A stretch of 64,000 nucleotides of DNA. Source: an uncultured Candidatus Saccharibacteria bacterium (lineage in GTDB: Bacteria > Patescibacteriota > Saccharimonadia > Saccharimonadales > JACDBH01). The notes beneath the pieces are model-generated. The model was not told the origin of the DNA, ran no database searches, and was given only the letters and a program-made list of their open reading frames with translations. The stretch is from the NCBI GenBank assembly GCA_964490245.1, contig CAZBAF010000002.1:2456-66455 (forward strand). The letters are read 5' to 3'. Of the stretch, positions 57,089 through 64,000 are shown one piece after another; the stretch's first letter is position 1; every line of letters begins with the position of its first letter. Position numbers and translations under genes: made by a program.

Positions 57089-57934
57089 TTATGCTCTTAG
57101 TAGTAAATATACCCCAACAACGCTGATAATGAAAACGATTAGACTGGTAAATATCACCTGAAGCAGACTTTTGAGAATACTTTTTTTGCTTAAAGGGTTG
57201 CGCCCGATAGCAATAATACTGCTGCGGATACCGGCATACAGGATTGCACCGGCAATGAAGGCACCAATCACGAATATTGCTGCACTTATATAGACTTTGG
57301 CCGGGCTGAGCGACTTGCCGGCGATAGCCTGTCCCAGACGGCCCAGCCATTCCGGCGTCACCGCGGCGCTTTTACTTAAAGGATTGCTGCCGATGGCAAT
57401 ATCCATCTGTATGCGGCCGATATTGACAGTGCGGGTATTGCCCTGCGTGTCAGTCAGCGTACTGGTGCCAACAACGCTGTCCTTGCCGTTAAAACCGGTT
57501 ACTGCCCGGCCGACAATCTCGCTCTGCTCATACGTCGCCCTCATTCCTATGCCGTTGAGAGCCGAGACGGTAATGTATTCGGTGGGATTAATGGCCCCCT
57601 CCTGATCGCTGACCAGTACATCATATCTTCCGACCGTGGCCACAAATGCCTGTTCTTCTTCGCCGGAAATAGTAATCGGGGATTCATTGGCGTCCACCAC
57701 CACACCTAAGATACGGTCCAGCTGATCGACGCTGATGGGCTCTACCTTGTTAGGTTCGCCCTCTTTTATGCCGACGATCATGCCGCGCTGCAGGACTTCG
57801 TCTGTGCCGTACCCCTGCGTCACGCTTTGTGCCAGCGTTGCGCCGGTGATATTGGCAACGATCAGAAAAGCCAGCGCAATGCCCGACATACACCGCTTAA
57901 AGGTCAGTAATTGCCTGATTTTGATACGTAACAT
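57089..57934 (-). CDS. secreted/anchored hypothetical protein with C-terminal ATP-synthase-c-like helical hairpin
   Basis: 281 aa. Signal peptide (…LIVANITGATLAQS), an extracytoplasmic domain, then VYISAAIFVIGAFIAGAILYAGIRSSIIAIGRNPLSKKSILKSLLQVIFTSLIVFIISVVGVYLLL, i.e. two TM helices joined by an R-N-P loop. Confidence 0.6.
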   Translation of the reverse strand: MLRIKIRQLLTFKRCMSGIALAFLIVANITGATLAQSVTQGYGTDEVLQRGMIVGIKEGEPNKVEPISVDQLDRILGVVVDANESPITISGEEEQAFVATVGRYDVLVSDQEGAINPTEYITVSALNGIGMRATYEQSEIVGRAVTGFNGKDSVVGTSTLTDTQGNTRTVNIGRIQMDIAIGSNPLSKSAAVTPEWLGRLGQAIAGKSLSPAKVYISAAIFVIGAFIAGAILYAGIRSSIIAIGRNPLSKKSILKSLLQVIFTSLIVFIISVVGVYLLLRA

Positions 57935-57983
57935 GCTTACGTCTAATTCTACAGCTGTTTACCCGTAAGCACAACCGCAGCGT

Positions 57984-59132
57984 CTACCGCAGTACAGAGG
58001 CGAGCGCTTTGAGCAGGGCGCTGACTGCTGCCTGATCGGTCTGGCGGCCAAAGGTGATCCTGAGCGAACTGCGGGCCGCCTCGTCGGGCAGGCCGATGGC
58101 GCCCAGCACATGTGACGGCTCATCAGAGCTGGCACTGCAGGCCGAACCGGTCGCAACCATCATGCCGCGCTCGTCCAGCTCCATCAGCAGACGCTCGTTA
58201 TCGGCGCCCGGGATGGTTATGTGCACGTTATTGGGCAGACGATGCGAACGGCTGCCATTGATACGTATATCGCTCCTGATGCTTGTCAGTTTGTCGAAAA
58301 AATCCGCCTGAAGCGCCTGCAGGCGCTCGGCTTCGGCTGTACGCAGACTCTGGGCTTCGGCCAGAGCAGCGCCAAAACCGGCAATTGCCGGAACGTTTTC
58401 TGTGCCGCTGCGCCAGCCCCTCTCCTGACCGCCGCCCAAAATCTGCGGCTTCAAAAGCACGCCACTCTTTACATACAAAATACCGGACTGCTTGGGCCCA
58501 TAGATTTTGCCACCGTTCAGTGTCATCAGATCCACGCCGAGACTGTTGACAAGCAGCGGCAGATAGTTTGCCGCCTGACAGGCGTCAGTGTGCACATACA
58601 GCGGCAACTGCCGGCCAGCGCCCGATTGATTGGCGCGCTCGGCACGGATTTTCTTAACAAGTGCGGCAATGTCACGCAGCGGCTGGATGGTGCCGATCTC
58701 GTTATTGGCGTACATGATACTTATCAGTACGGTGTCGTCATCAATCAGCTGCTCAAGCCTGGTTAGATTAATGCGTCCGTCGGGGTCAACCGGGGCGATT
58801 TTGTGATCATAATTGCCCGCTGGTGCCAGTACCGAATCGTGTTCGATAGCGCTCACCACACAGTTTTTGCCGGCAAAATGCTGCATCACGCCCTGAATAG
58901 CCAGATTATTGGCCTCAGTCCCGCCGGCGGTAAAAACCACCTCTGTCGGCCTGCACCCGAGCAGCGAGGCCACCTCTGTACGTACGCTATATATAGCGTG
59001 CCCTACGTTCTGAGACGCTATATATAGCGCCGACGGGTTATAAAACTGCTCAGAAAAATACGGCTGCATGGCTGCCAGCGCCGTATCGCTGAGTGGTGTT
59101 GCTGCTGCGTAATCAAAGTAAAGAATGTTCAT
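57984..59132 (-). CDS. cysteine desulfurase (class V aminotransferase, NifS/IscS-like)
   Basis: The probable start is the Met at 59132 (MNILYFDYAAATPL...). SAIEHDSV, the PLP-Lys region GGKIYGPKQSG and the active-site GSACSAS. The track start is 59177. Confidence 0.85.
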   Translation of the reverse strand: MNILYFDYAAATPLSDTALAAMQPYFSEQFYNPSALYIASQNVGHAIYSVRTEVASLLGCRPTEVVFTAGGTEANNLAIQGVMQHFAGKNCVVSAIEHDSVLAPAGNYDHKIAPVDPDGRINLTRLEQLIDDDTVLISIMYANNEIGTIQPLRDIAALVKKIRAERANQSGAGRQLPLYVHTDACQAANYLPLLVNSLGVDLMTLNGGKIYGPKQSGILYVKSGVLLKPQILGGGQERGWRSGTENVPAIAGFGAALAEAQSLRTAEAERLQALQADFFDKLTSIRSDIRINGSRSHRLPNNVHITIPGADNERLLMELDERGMMVATGSACSASSDEPSHVLGAIGLPDEAARSSLRITFGRQTDQAAVSALLKALASVLR

Positions 59133-59148
59133 GTGGTTATAGTCTATA

Positions 59149-59206
59149 GGTAATAGATGATAGATAATAGGTAGCAAATAATCTATTACCTATTACCCAT
59201 TACCCT
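59149..59206. repeat. inverted arrays of GGTAATA-type heptads
   Basis: GGTAATA GATGATA GATAATA GGTAGCA ... TTACCTA TTACCCA TTACCCT. The left and right halves are mutually complementary. Confidence 0.6.
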
Positions 59207-59582
59207 AAAGGTACGGGGCGTAAAGTGCGTGGATACGCTGCCGGTATTCCTGGGCGGCTGCCTGCAGCCGTTCGGCCTCAGCCCGGGTAACGCGCTGATA
59301 GGCCTGACCATCCTGAGCCTTCAAAATACCGTTTGGCCGCACATCATAACGCGTGGTGCGGACCCGCCGCTTACCGCTTGAGTCAGTCCATTCCTCGTGC
59401 CAGATCCAGGTTCGTTCGTCCAGACAAAAAAACTCACGGCGCGTTCCTGCCGGCACCGGGCCGAACAGCTCTCCGCCGATTTTGGCCTCGCGGCGAATGA
59501 GCGCACGGTACAGCTCGGCGGCACGCTCTTCGTGGCGCTGACTCTTGCGCGATCCGATCACTTTTTTAAGCAGCGAAGCCAT
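59205..59582 (-). CDS. hypothetical protein (about 125 aa)
   Basis: The probable start is the Met at 59582 (MASLLKKVIGSRKSQRHEERAAELYRALIRRE...). No family recognised. Confidence 0.5.
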   Translation of the reverse strand: MASLLKKVIGSRKSQRHEERAAELYRALIRREAKIGGELFGPVPAGTRREFFCLDERTWIWHEEWTDSSGKRRVRTTRYDVRPNGILKAQDGQAYQRVTRAEAERLQAAAQEYRQRIHALYAPYL

Positions 59583-59979
59583 AGGAGGTGTTGTCCCTGT
59601 CATCTTGCTCGCGGACAGCTTCCGGCTGGGCTGCCAGCAGCCGCCGCGCCTCGGCAATACGCCGCTGCCTGTCGGCTTCGTCCGGTGTCAATGTCTTATC
59701 AGTCGGCACTGTCTCTGTCTGGCCGGTCTGCTGCGGCAGCGGATACTCAGCCGTAGTCTTAGGGGCAAAATCAGCTGCAGGTCTTTCATTAACCAGGCCG
59801 TACTTGGGCACAAAATCAACGGTCGTACCCAGCGCCGGCTGGCCAATGGTGTCGTGAGGCGTGCCGAACAACACTGCGTCAGCTATGTATGCCACGGCAG
59901 CATCGGCAATCTCCGCCCTGACCTGCATGGGCGTTTTGTCCGGCGTCTGTTCTGGTGAGTAAGAAGTGGTTCCGTTCAT
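59566..59979 (-). CDS. hypothetical protein (137 aa)
   Basis: The ORF overlaps the tatD-family stop by 4 nt and the next gene by 17 nt, giving an operon-like arrangement. No family recognised. Confidence 0.45.
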   Translation of the reverse strand: MNGTTSYSPEQTPDKTPMQVRAEIADAAVAYIADAVLFGTPHDTIGQPALGTTVDFVPKYGLVNERPAADFAPKTTAEYPLPQQTGQTETVPTDKTLTPDEADRQRRIAEARRLLAAQPEAVREQDDRDNTSYGFAA

Positions 59980-60773
59980 ATACTGAATAATTTACGTGCG
60001 TTCGCAGTAGTGACGGCGGCCAGATCTTCGAGCTTTTCACCCCGTAAATCTGCCAAAAACTCCGCAACCGTCCGCACATGCTTAGGCTCACAGATTTTAC
60101 CACGATACGGGGCCGGGGTCAAGAAAGGCGCGTCTGTTTCAAGGAGTAATTTGCCAAGCGGTACGGCTTTTGCTGCCGCCAGCTGATCAGCGCGTTTTGT
60201 AAAAGTCATAATACCATTCAGACCCACATAAAGACCGCGTGACAGAATCTTTTCCAAATCGGCTCTATCAGACGTAAAGCTATGTACCACGCCCTGGACG
60301 CCCTGGTAATCATCAAGGATGGCAAAAAAGTCGTCAAATGCTTGCCCAGCATCTCCCGCTGAGGCTGCGGCATCCCGTACATGAAAAATAAGGGGCAGCT
60401 TATGCTCTAGCGCCAACTCCAGCTGATAGCGAAACAGCTTTTTCTGATCAGCCCGCGGTGAGTGCTCGTAATAATAATCCAGCCCTGTCTCGCCGATCGC
60501 CACAACTTTCGGTTTGGCAGCCAGGCCGCGGAATCGCTGTAATGCCTGCCGGTTATCGGCATACTGCGCCGCCTCATGCGGATGCAGACCGATGCTGGCC
60601 CAGACATTTTCATAGCGGGCCGCAAACTCGGGTGCAGCCGCCGAATTCGGCAGATCACACCCTACTACCAGCATCCTGTTCACCCCGGCCTGTACCGCAT
60701 TCTGAATCACTTCATCAACGTCCAGGGGATAATCAGCGAACTGGATATGGCAGTGGGTATCTGTCAGCTCCAT
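59976..60773 (-). CDS. TatD family metal-dependent hydrolase
   Basis: 265 aa. LTDTHCHI, GETGLDYYY, LIFHVRDA, HSFT and ETDAPFL blocks. Confidence 0.85.
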   Translation of the reverse strand: MELTDTHCHIQFADYPLDVDEVIQNAVQAGVNRMLVVGCDLPNSAAAPEFAARYENVWASIGLHPHEAAQYADNRQALQRFRGLAAKPKVVAIGETGLDYYYEHSPRADQKKLFRYQLELALEHKLPLIFHVRDAAASAGDAGQAFDDFFAILDDYQGVQGVVHSFTSDRADLEKILSRGLYVGLNGIMTFTKRADQLAAAKAVPLGKLLLETDAPFLTPAPYRGKICEPKHVRTVAEFLADLRGEKLEDLAAVTTANARKLFSI

Positions 60774-60785
60774 GGCGCCCTCGTA

Positions 60786-62252
60786 TTATGATTTATCTTT
60801 AGCGGTGTAATTCTCGATCTTCGGAAACAGAACGTTCTGAGGCTTGTGCAATATGCCGGCGGCAAAAATGTTTTTGATCGCCTGGGCAGTGTCCGGCAGG
60901 AAGGGGCTTAGCAGATCGGCTATCTCCAGCAGGTAGCCTGCAATATAAGCCAAAACCTCGCGCAGGTGTTCTTTGTCTTCGCCTTTGGCTATGACCCAGG
61001 GCTTTTGTTCTTCGATGTACTGATTCAGGCTCCGGATACGCTCCCAGACATCATCCAGCGCCCGGTCAAACCGGCAGTTTCTGATCGCTTCATGAAACTC
61101 GGCTACATCATGCCCGGCCGCAGGGATGTCGCCGATCAGGCCATCCTGGTATTTATCAATCATGACAATCGTGCGCTGCACGACATTACCCAGCTCGTTG
61201 GCAAGCTCGGTGTTGTAGGCGGTTTCAAACGCCTCCCAGCTGAAGTCGCCGTCGCCATAGCTTGGTATGTGCCGCAAGAAGTAGTAGCGGAAAGCATCAA
61301 CGCCGTATTCCTTGACAATATCTGCCGGCAAAACCACATTGCCCAGTGACTTGCTCATTTTCTGACCAGAAACATTCACAAAACCATGCACATACAGACT
61401 TTTTGGCAGAGGCAGCCCCAAAGCCAGCAAAATACCCGGCCAGATGGCGGCATGAAAACGTATAATATCCTTGCCAATTACCTGAACATCAGCCGGCCAG
61501 AATTTTTTAAAATCGCTATGCTCGGGATAGCCTAAGACCGTTATGTAATTAAGCAGCGCCTCGAACCAGACATACATAACCTGCTTGCTGTCGCCGGGCA
61601 CGGCAATACCCCAGCCGATCTTTTCTTTCGGGCGGCTGATACTTATATCCTGCAGCCCGTCACCCCTTATGAGCGACAGGATTTCATTCCGCCTGGTGTC
61701 CGGCACCACCTTAAACGTGCCTGTCTCTAAAGCTTCGCGGATCTGACTGGTGTATTTGCTGAGCCTGAAGAAATAATTCTCTTCTTCGACTTTTTCATAC
61801 GGACGCTTGTGGTTGGGGCACACGCCGCCGTTGGCCTTGACCTCTACCTCGGTAAAAAAGGCTTCGTCGCCCGTGCAGTACCAGCCGATATATTTGCTTT
61901 TATAAATATCTTCTTTGAGATTCTTCCAGACCACCTGGGCCCGCTGCTCATGACCCTTGTCGGTTGTCCTGATAAACCGGTCGTTGGAAATACCAAGTGT
62001 AGCCGCCAGATCATGGAACTTTGCTGAGTTTTTATCAGCCAGCTCAATCGGCTTAATCCCCAGCTCGGCAGCTTTTTCTTCAATCTTGCCGCCGTGCTCG
62101 TCGGTGCCGGTACTGAAAATAACGTCATGCCCGGACAAGCGCGCATAACGGGCAATCACATCAGCCAGCGTGATTTCATAGCCGAAACCAATGTGCGGCT
62201 CGCCATTGATGTAAGGGATAGAGGTGGTGACGTAAAAATGTTTGTTGGTCAT
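60786..62252 (-). CDS. metG: methionine--tRNA ligase (compact, 488 aa)
   Basis: HIGH-type PYINGEPHIGFGY, KMSKS (QKMSKSLGN) and an anticodon-binding helical domain. Confidence 0.95.
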   Translation of the reverse strand: MTNKHFYVTTSIPYINGEPHIGFGYEITLADVIARYARLSGHDVIFSTGTDEHGGKIEEKAAELGIKPIELADKNSAKFHDLAATLGISNDRFIRTTDKGHEQRAQVVWKNLKEDIYKSKYIGWYCTGDEAFFTEVEVKANGGVCPNHKRPYEKVEEENYFFRLSKYTSQIREALETGTFKVVPDTRRNEILSLIRGDGLQDISISRPKEKIGWGIAVPGDSKQVMYVWFEALLNYITVLGYPEHSDFKKFWPADVQVIGKDIIRFHAAIWPGILLALGLPLPKSLYVHGFVNVSGQKMSKSLGNVVLPADIVKEYGVDAFRYYFLRHIPSYGDGDFSWEAFETAYNTELANELGNVVQRTIVMIDKYQDGLIGDIPAAGHDVAEFHEAIRNCRFDRALDDVWERIRSLNQYIEEQKPWVIAKGEDKEHLREVLAYIAGYLLEIADLLSPFLPDTAQAIKNIFAAGILHKPQNVLFPKIENYTAKDKS

Positions 62253-62258
62253 TGGGGA

Positions 62259-62300
62259 GGTTAGTGATTAGTGGTTAGTGATTAAGGGCTAGTGGTTAGT
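62259..62300. repeat. heptad repeat array G[GA]TTAGT x6 immediately upstream of metG
   Basis: GGTTAGT GATTAGT GGTTAGT GATTAAG GGCTAGT GGTTAGT. Confidence 0.65.
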
Positions 62301-62452
62301 GAGTTGGGCCAGTGTTGTGTGACGGGACAAAGAAAGGAGCGGCCCCCGAGCCTCATCGCCTGTGACCTGATTGTCGCGATGCGTGTCATGAAGCTTATTT
62401 TACCACAGTTACACCATCAGCGCCAGATACGCCCGCTGTTTTGCCGGCAGTT

Positions 62453-63748
62453 TTATGAGCGGTCTTCCAGCAGGTCAAATTCACGCACCAGCTTAATGAA
62501 GACAGCATTCGTCCAGCCAAAACCGGTTTGCGACGGGTACACACCCTCGACAGGGTGACGCCGGGGGTTGACGACATTGTACTTTTCGAGAAAGTTGCCG
62601 TTGCGCTCGAACCACTGCAGATTGGTCTGCACCCACGACAGGGCAATGCGGCGTGCCTCTTCGTGGTAGCCGTATTTCCTCAGCCCCTCCACCACTATAT
62701 AATGCAGCGGCGCCCAGCCGTTCGGGAACGCCCACTGGGCCTTCAGCGAGCCGAACAGAACCGTCGTGTTAATCAGCGGTCTTGCCGTGGTGGCCAGGCC
62801 GCCCTTTTTCTCGAACCGTTTGAGGTTTTCGACCATCCGCTCGGCCTGCTCCTGCGATACCATACCGGCCCACATCGGGTAAAAACCGGCCAAAGACCAG
62901 ATATCGCCGATGGCCTTGCGCTGGTAATTATAATCAAAATAAAAACCGCGGATTCTGCCCCACATTAATTTATCCATGGCTTTTTTGCGCGCGTCGGCTT
63001 TGCGCAGCCATTCACGGGCCTTGTCTGCATTGCCGAATAGTTCCTCGGCCCGGGCAAAGTCTGTTTCGTATTTATAAAGCAAAGCATTCAGATCAACCGG
63101 CAGAAAGTCCAGGCATTTGCGCTCAAATCGCGGCGTCATGTCCCAGCCGCTTTCCGCCTCGGCAAGGTCGTGCAGCATATTGATGTCGTAATAGCGGCTT
63201 AGACCCTTGTGCACCAGGTGCCACTGCGGGTGCGCGTCATTCATCCAGACGCGCTCGTACTCTTCTTGGGCTATATCGATCTTTTGCTTCAGCCAGCTGT
63301 CATCTTTTTTATACGTGTCGTACAAATGGAAGATAAAGCTTGTCAAAACCGGCGGCTGCGAACGGCTGGTTGAATACATCCGCGATGCGTTGGGCACCAG
63401 GCCAAAGCGCTTAAACAGATATAGCAGGTTTTCGAGCATGCCCTCGGCCAGCTGCTGGTGGGCGCTGTCGTGCAGGCCGATGGCCGTAAAATAGCTGTCC
63501 CAGTAATACATTTCTTCAAACCGGAATTTGGCCGACGTATCCGCCGTGGGGATGACGTACGGGTGCGGCAAGCCCACAAGCGTACCGGTGTCTTCGGTGT
63601 GGCTCTGAATAAGCTGCGGCCAGTATCCGTCAATATACTCAAGGGCGCGTCGCAACTGCGCCTGATCAATACCTGATACACTGCGGCCGGTAAGCAGCCG
63701 GATTTTGTTGATGACCATATGGTATTGACTGTACCGTTTTTTGCGCAA
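62453..63748 (-). CDS. alpha,alpha-trehalase (glycoside hydrolase family 37)
   Basis: 431 aa. RSQPPVLTSF, ESGWDMTPRF, GGLATT, EKYNVV and GFGWTNAVF blocks. An alternative start lies at 63718. Confidence 0.8.
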   Translation of the reverse strand: MRKKRYSQYHMVINKIRLLTGRSVSGIDQAQLRRALEYIDGYWPQLIQSHTEDTGTLVGLPHPYVIPTADTSAKFRFEEMYYWDSYFTAIGLHDSAHQQLAEGMLENLLYLFKRFGLVPNASRMYSTSRSQPPVLTSFIFHLYDTYKKDDSWLKQKIDIAQEEYERVWMNDAHPQWHLVHKGLSRYYDINMLHDLAEAESGWDMTPRFERKCLDFLPVDLNALLYKYETDFARAEELFGNADKAREWLRKADARKKAMDKLMWGRIRGFYFDYNYQRKAIGDIWSLAGFYPMWAGMVSQEQAERMVENLKRFEKKGGLATTARPLINTTVLFGSLKAQWAFPNGWAPLHYIVVEGLRKYGYHEEARRIALSWVQTNLQWFERNGNFLEKYNVVNPRRHPVEGVYPSQTGFGWTNAVFIKLVREFDLLEDRS

Positions 63749-63806
63749 CTTGACAAAGGATTATGCACGAGCATAATATTAGTTATAAAACAAGGCCGAC
63801 TTAGCC

Positions 63807-64000
63807 ATGAGCAATGTTTTGTTTAAGACAACAACATCCACACTCTTTGCTCAGGTCGTCCGCGAATTTGACGAAAGCATGCTGCCCATCATGCCTGTCA
63901 ATAACGATTCCGGCCTTAACGTGCCGTTGGTAGCGGGTATTATCGGGGGCTGCCTGGCTCTTTTGGTCATTTTTTGGGTGGTCAAGCGTTTTCGGGCCCG
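63807..64000 (+). CDS. hypothetical membrane protein, 3'-truncated by window end
   Basis: The ATG at 63807 opens a frame that stays open to the window end (MSNVLFKTTTSTLFAQVVREFDESMLPIMPVNNDSGLNVPLVAGIIGGCLALLVIFWVVKRFRA...). One TM helix is visible. Confidence 0.4.
   Translation, partial: MSNVLFKTTTSTLFAQVVREFDESMLPIMPVNNDSGLNVPLVAGIIGGCLALLVIFWVVKRFRA

Noticed and set aside
62292-62558. 88-aa plus-strand ORF after a GGGGAGG motif upstream of metG
   Set aside because: It has a GTG start inside the heptad repeat array, a low-complexity translation, and runs antisense into the trehalase 3' end. I see no supporting features.

Overview
This is a gene-dense, mostly minus-strand 64-kb chromosomal segment from a small-genome bacterium. 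I call about 62 protein genes and 4 tRNAs (Cys-GCA, Leu-TAA, Leu-GAG, Leu-CAG). I see no rRNA, no CRISPR array and no intact prophage. The housekeeping backbone is uvrA, uvrC, obg, an exonuclease I-like gene, alaS, metG, mnmA, trhO, rplY(ctc), secG, ftsA, ruvX, mltG, a tatD-family gene, a cysteine desulfurase and the F1Fo genes atpF-H-A-G-D-C. A Patescibacteria/CPR (Saccharibacteria-like) origin is plausible, but this is inference from reading, not a search result. The grounds are compact versions of conserved proteins (501-aa UvrC, ~630-aa AlaRS without a C-Ala domain, epsilon without C-terminal helices), tandem LysM-CHAP wall hydrolases, a type IV pilin-like gene, a sortase remnant and many orphan secreted proteins. 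Observations worth a second look: (1) an orphan, GC-enriched, phage-tail-fibre-like two-gene module (38.6-41.8 kb) with no other phage genes; (2) a six-gene secreted/anchored protein cluster (43.8-50.7 kb) with three paralogs and a DUF916/DUF3324-like partner, distantly like Csc/WxL surface-complex loci; (3) an atp operon lacking a and c subunit genes in cis, preceded by a secreted protein whose C-terminus mimics a c-subunit hairpin without the carboxylate; (4) recombination scars, namely a 62-bp tRNA-Leu 3' end plus terminator duplication bracketing a pilin/oxidase pair, a duplicated alaS 3' end, and a sortase fragment abutting a truncated surface protein; (5) a RayT/IS200-like Y1 transposase flanked by 22-bp perfect inverted repeats; (6) a highly structured 480-bp intergenic region with a ~165-nt imperfect hairpin and a terminator (candidate ncRNA); (7) heptad-phased TAG/CTA-containing repeat arrays in four intergenic regions; (8) an orphan perfect consensus promoter. 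All family assignments rest on motif recall from the translated ORFs. GC values are hand counts of single 60-nt lines.
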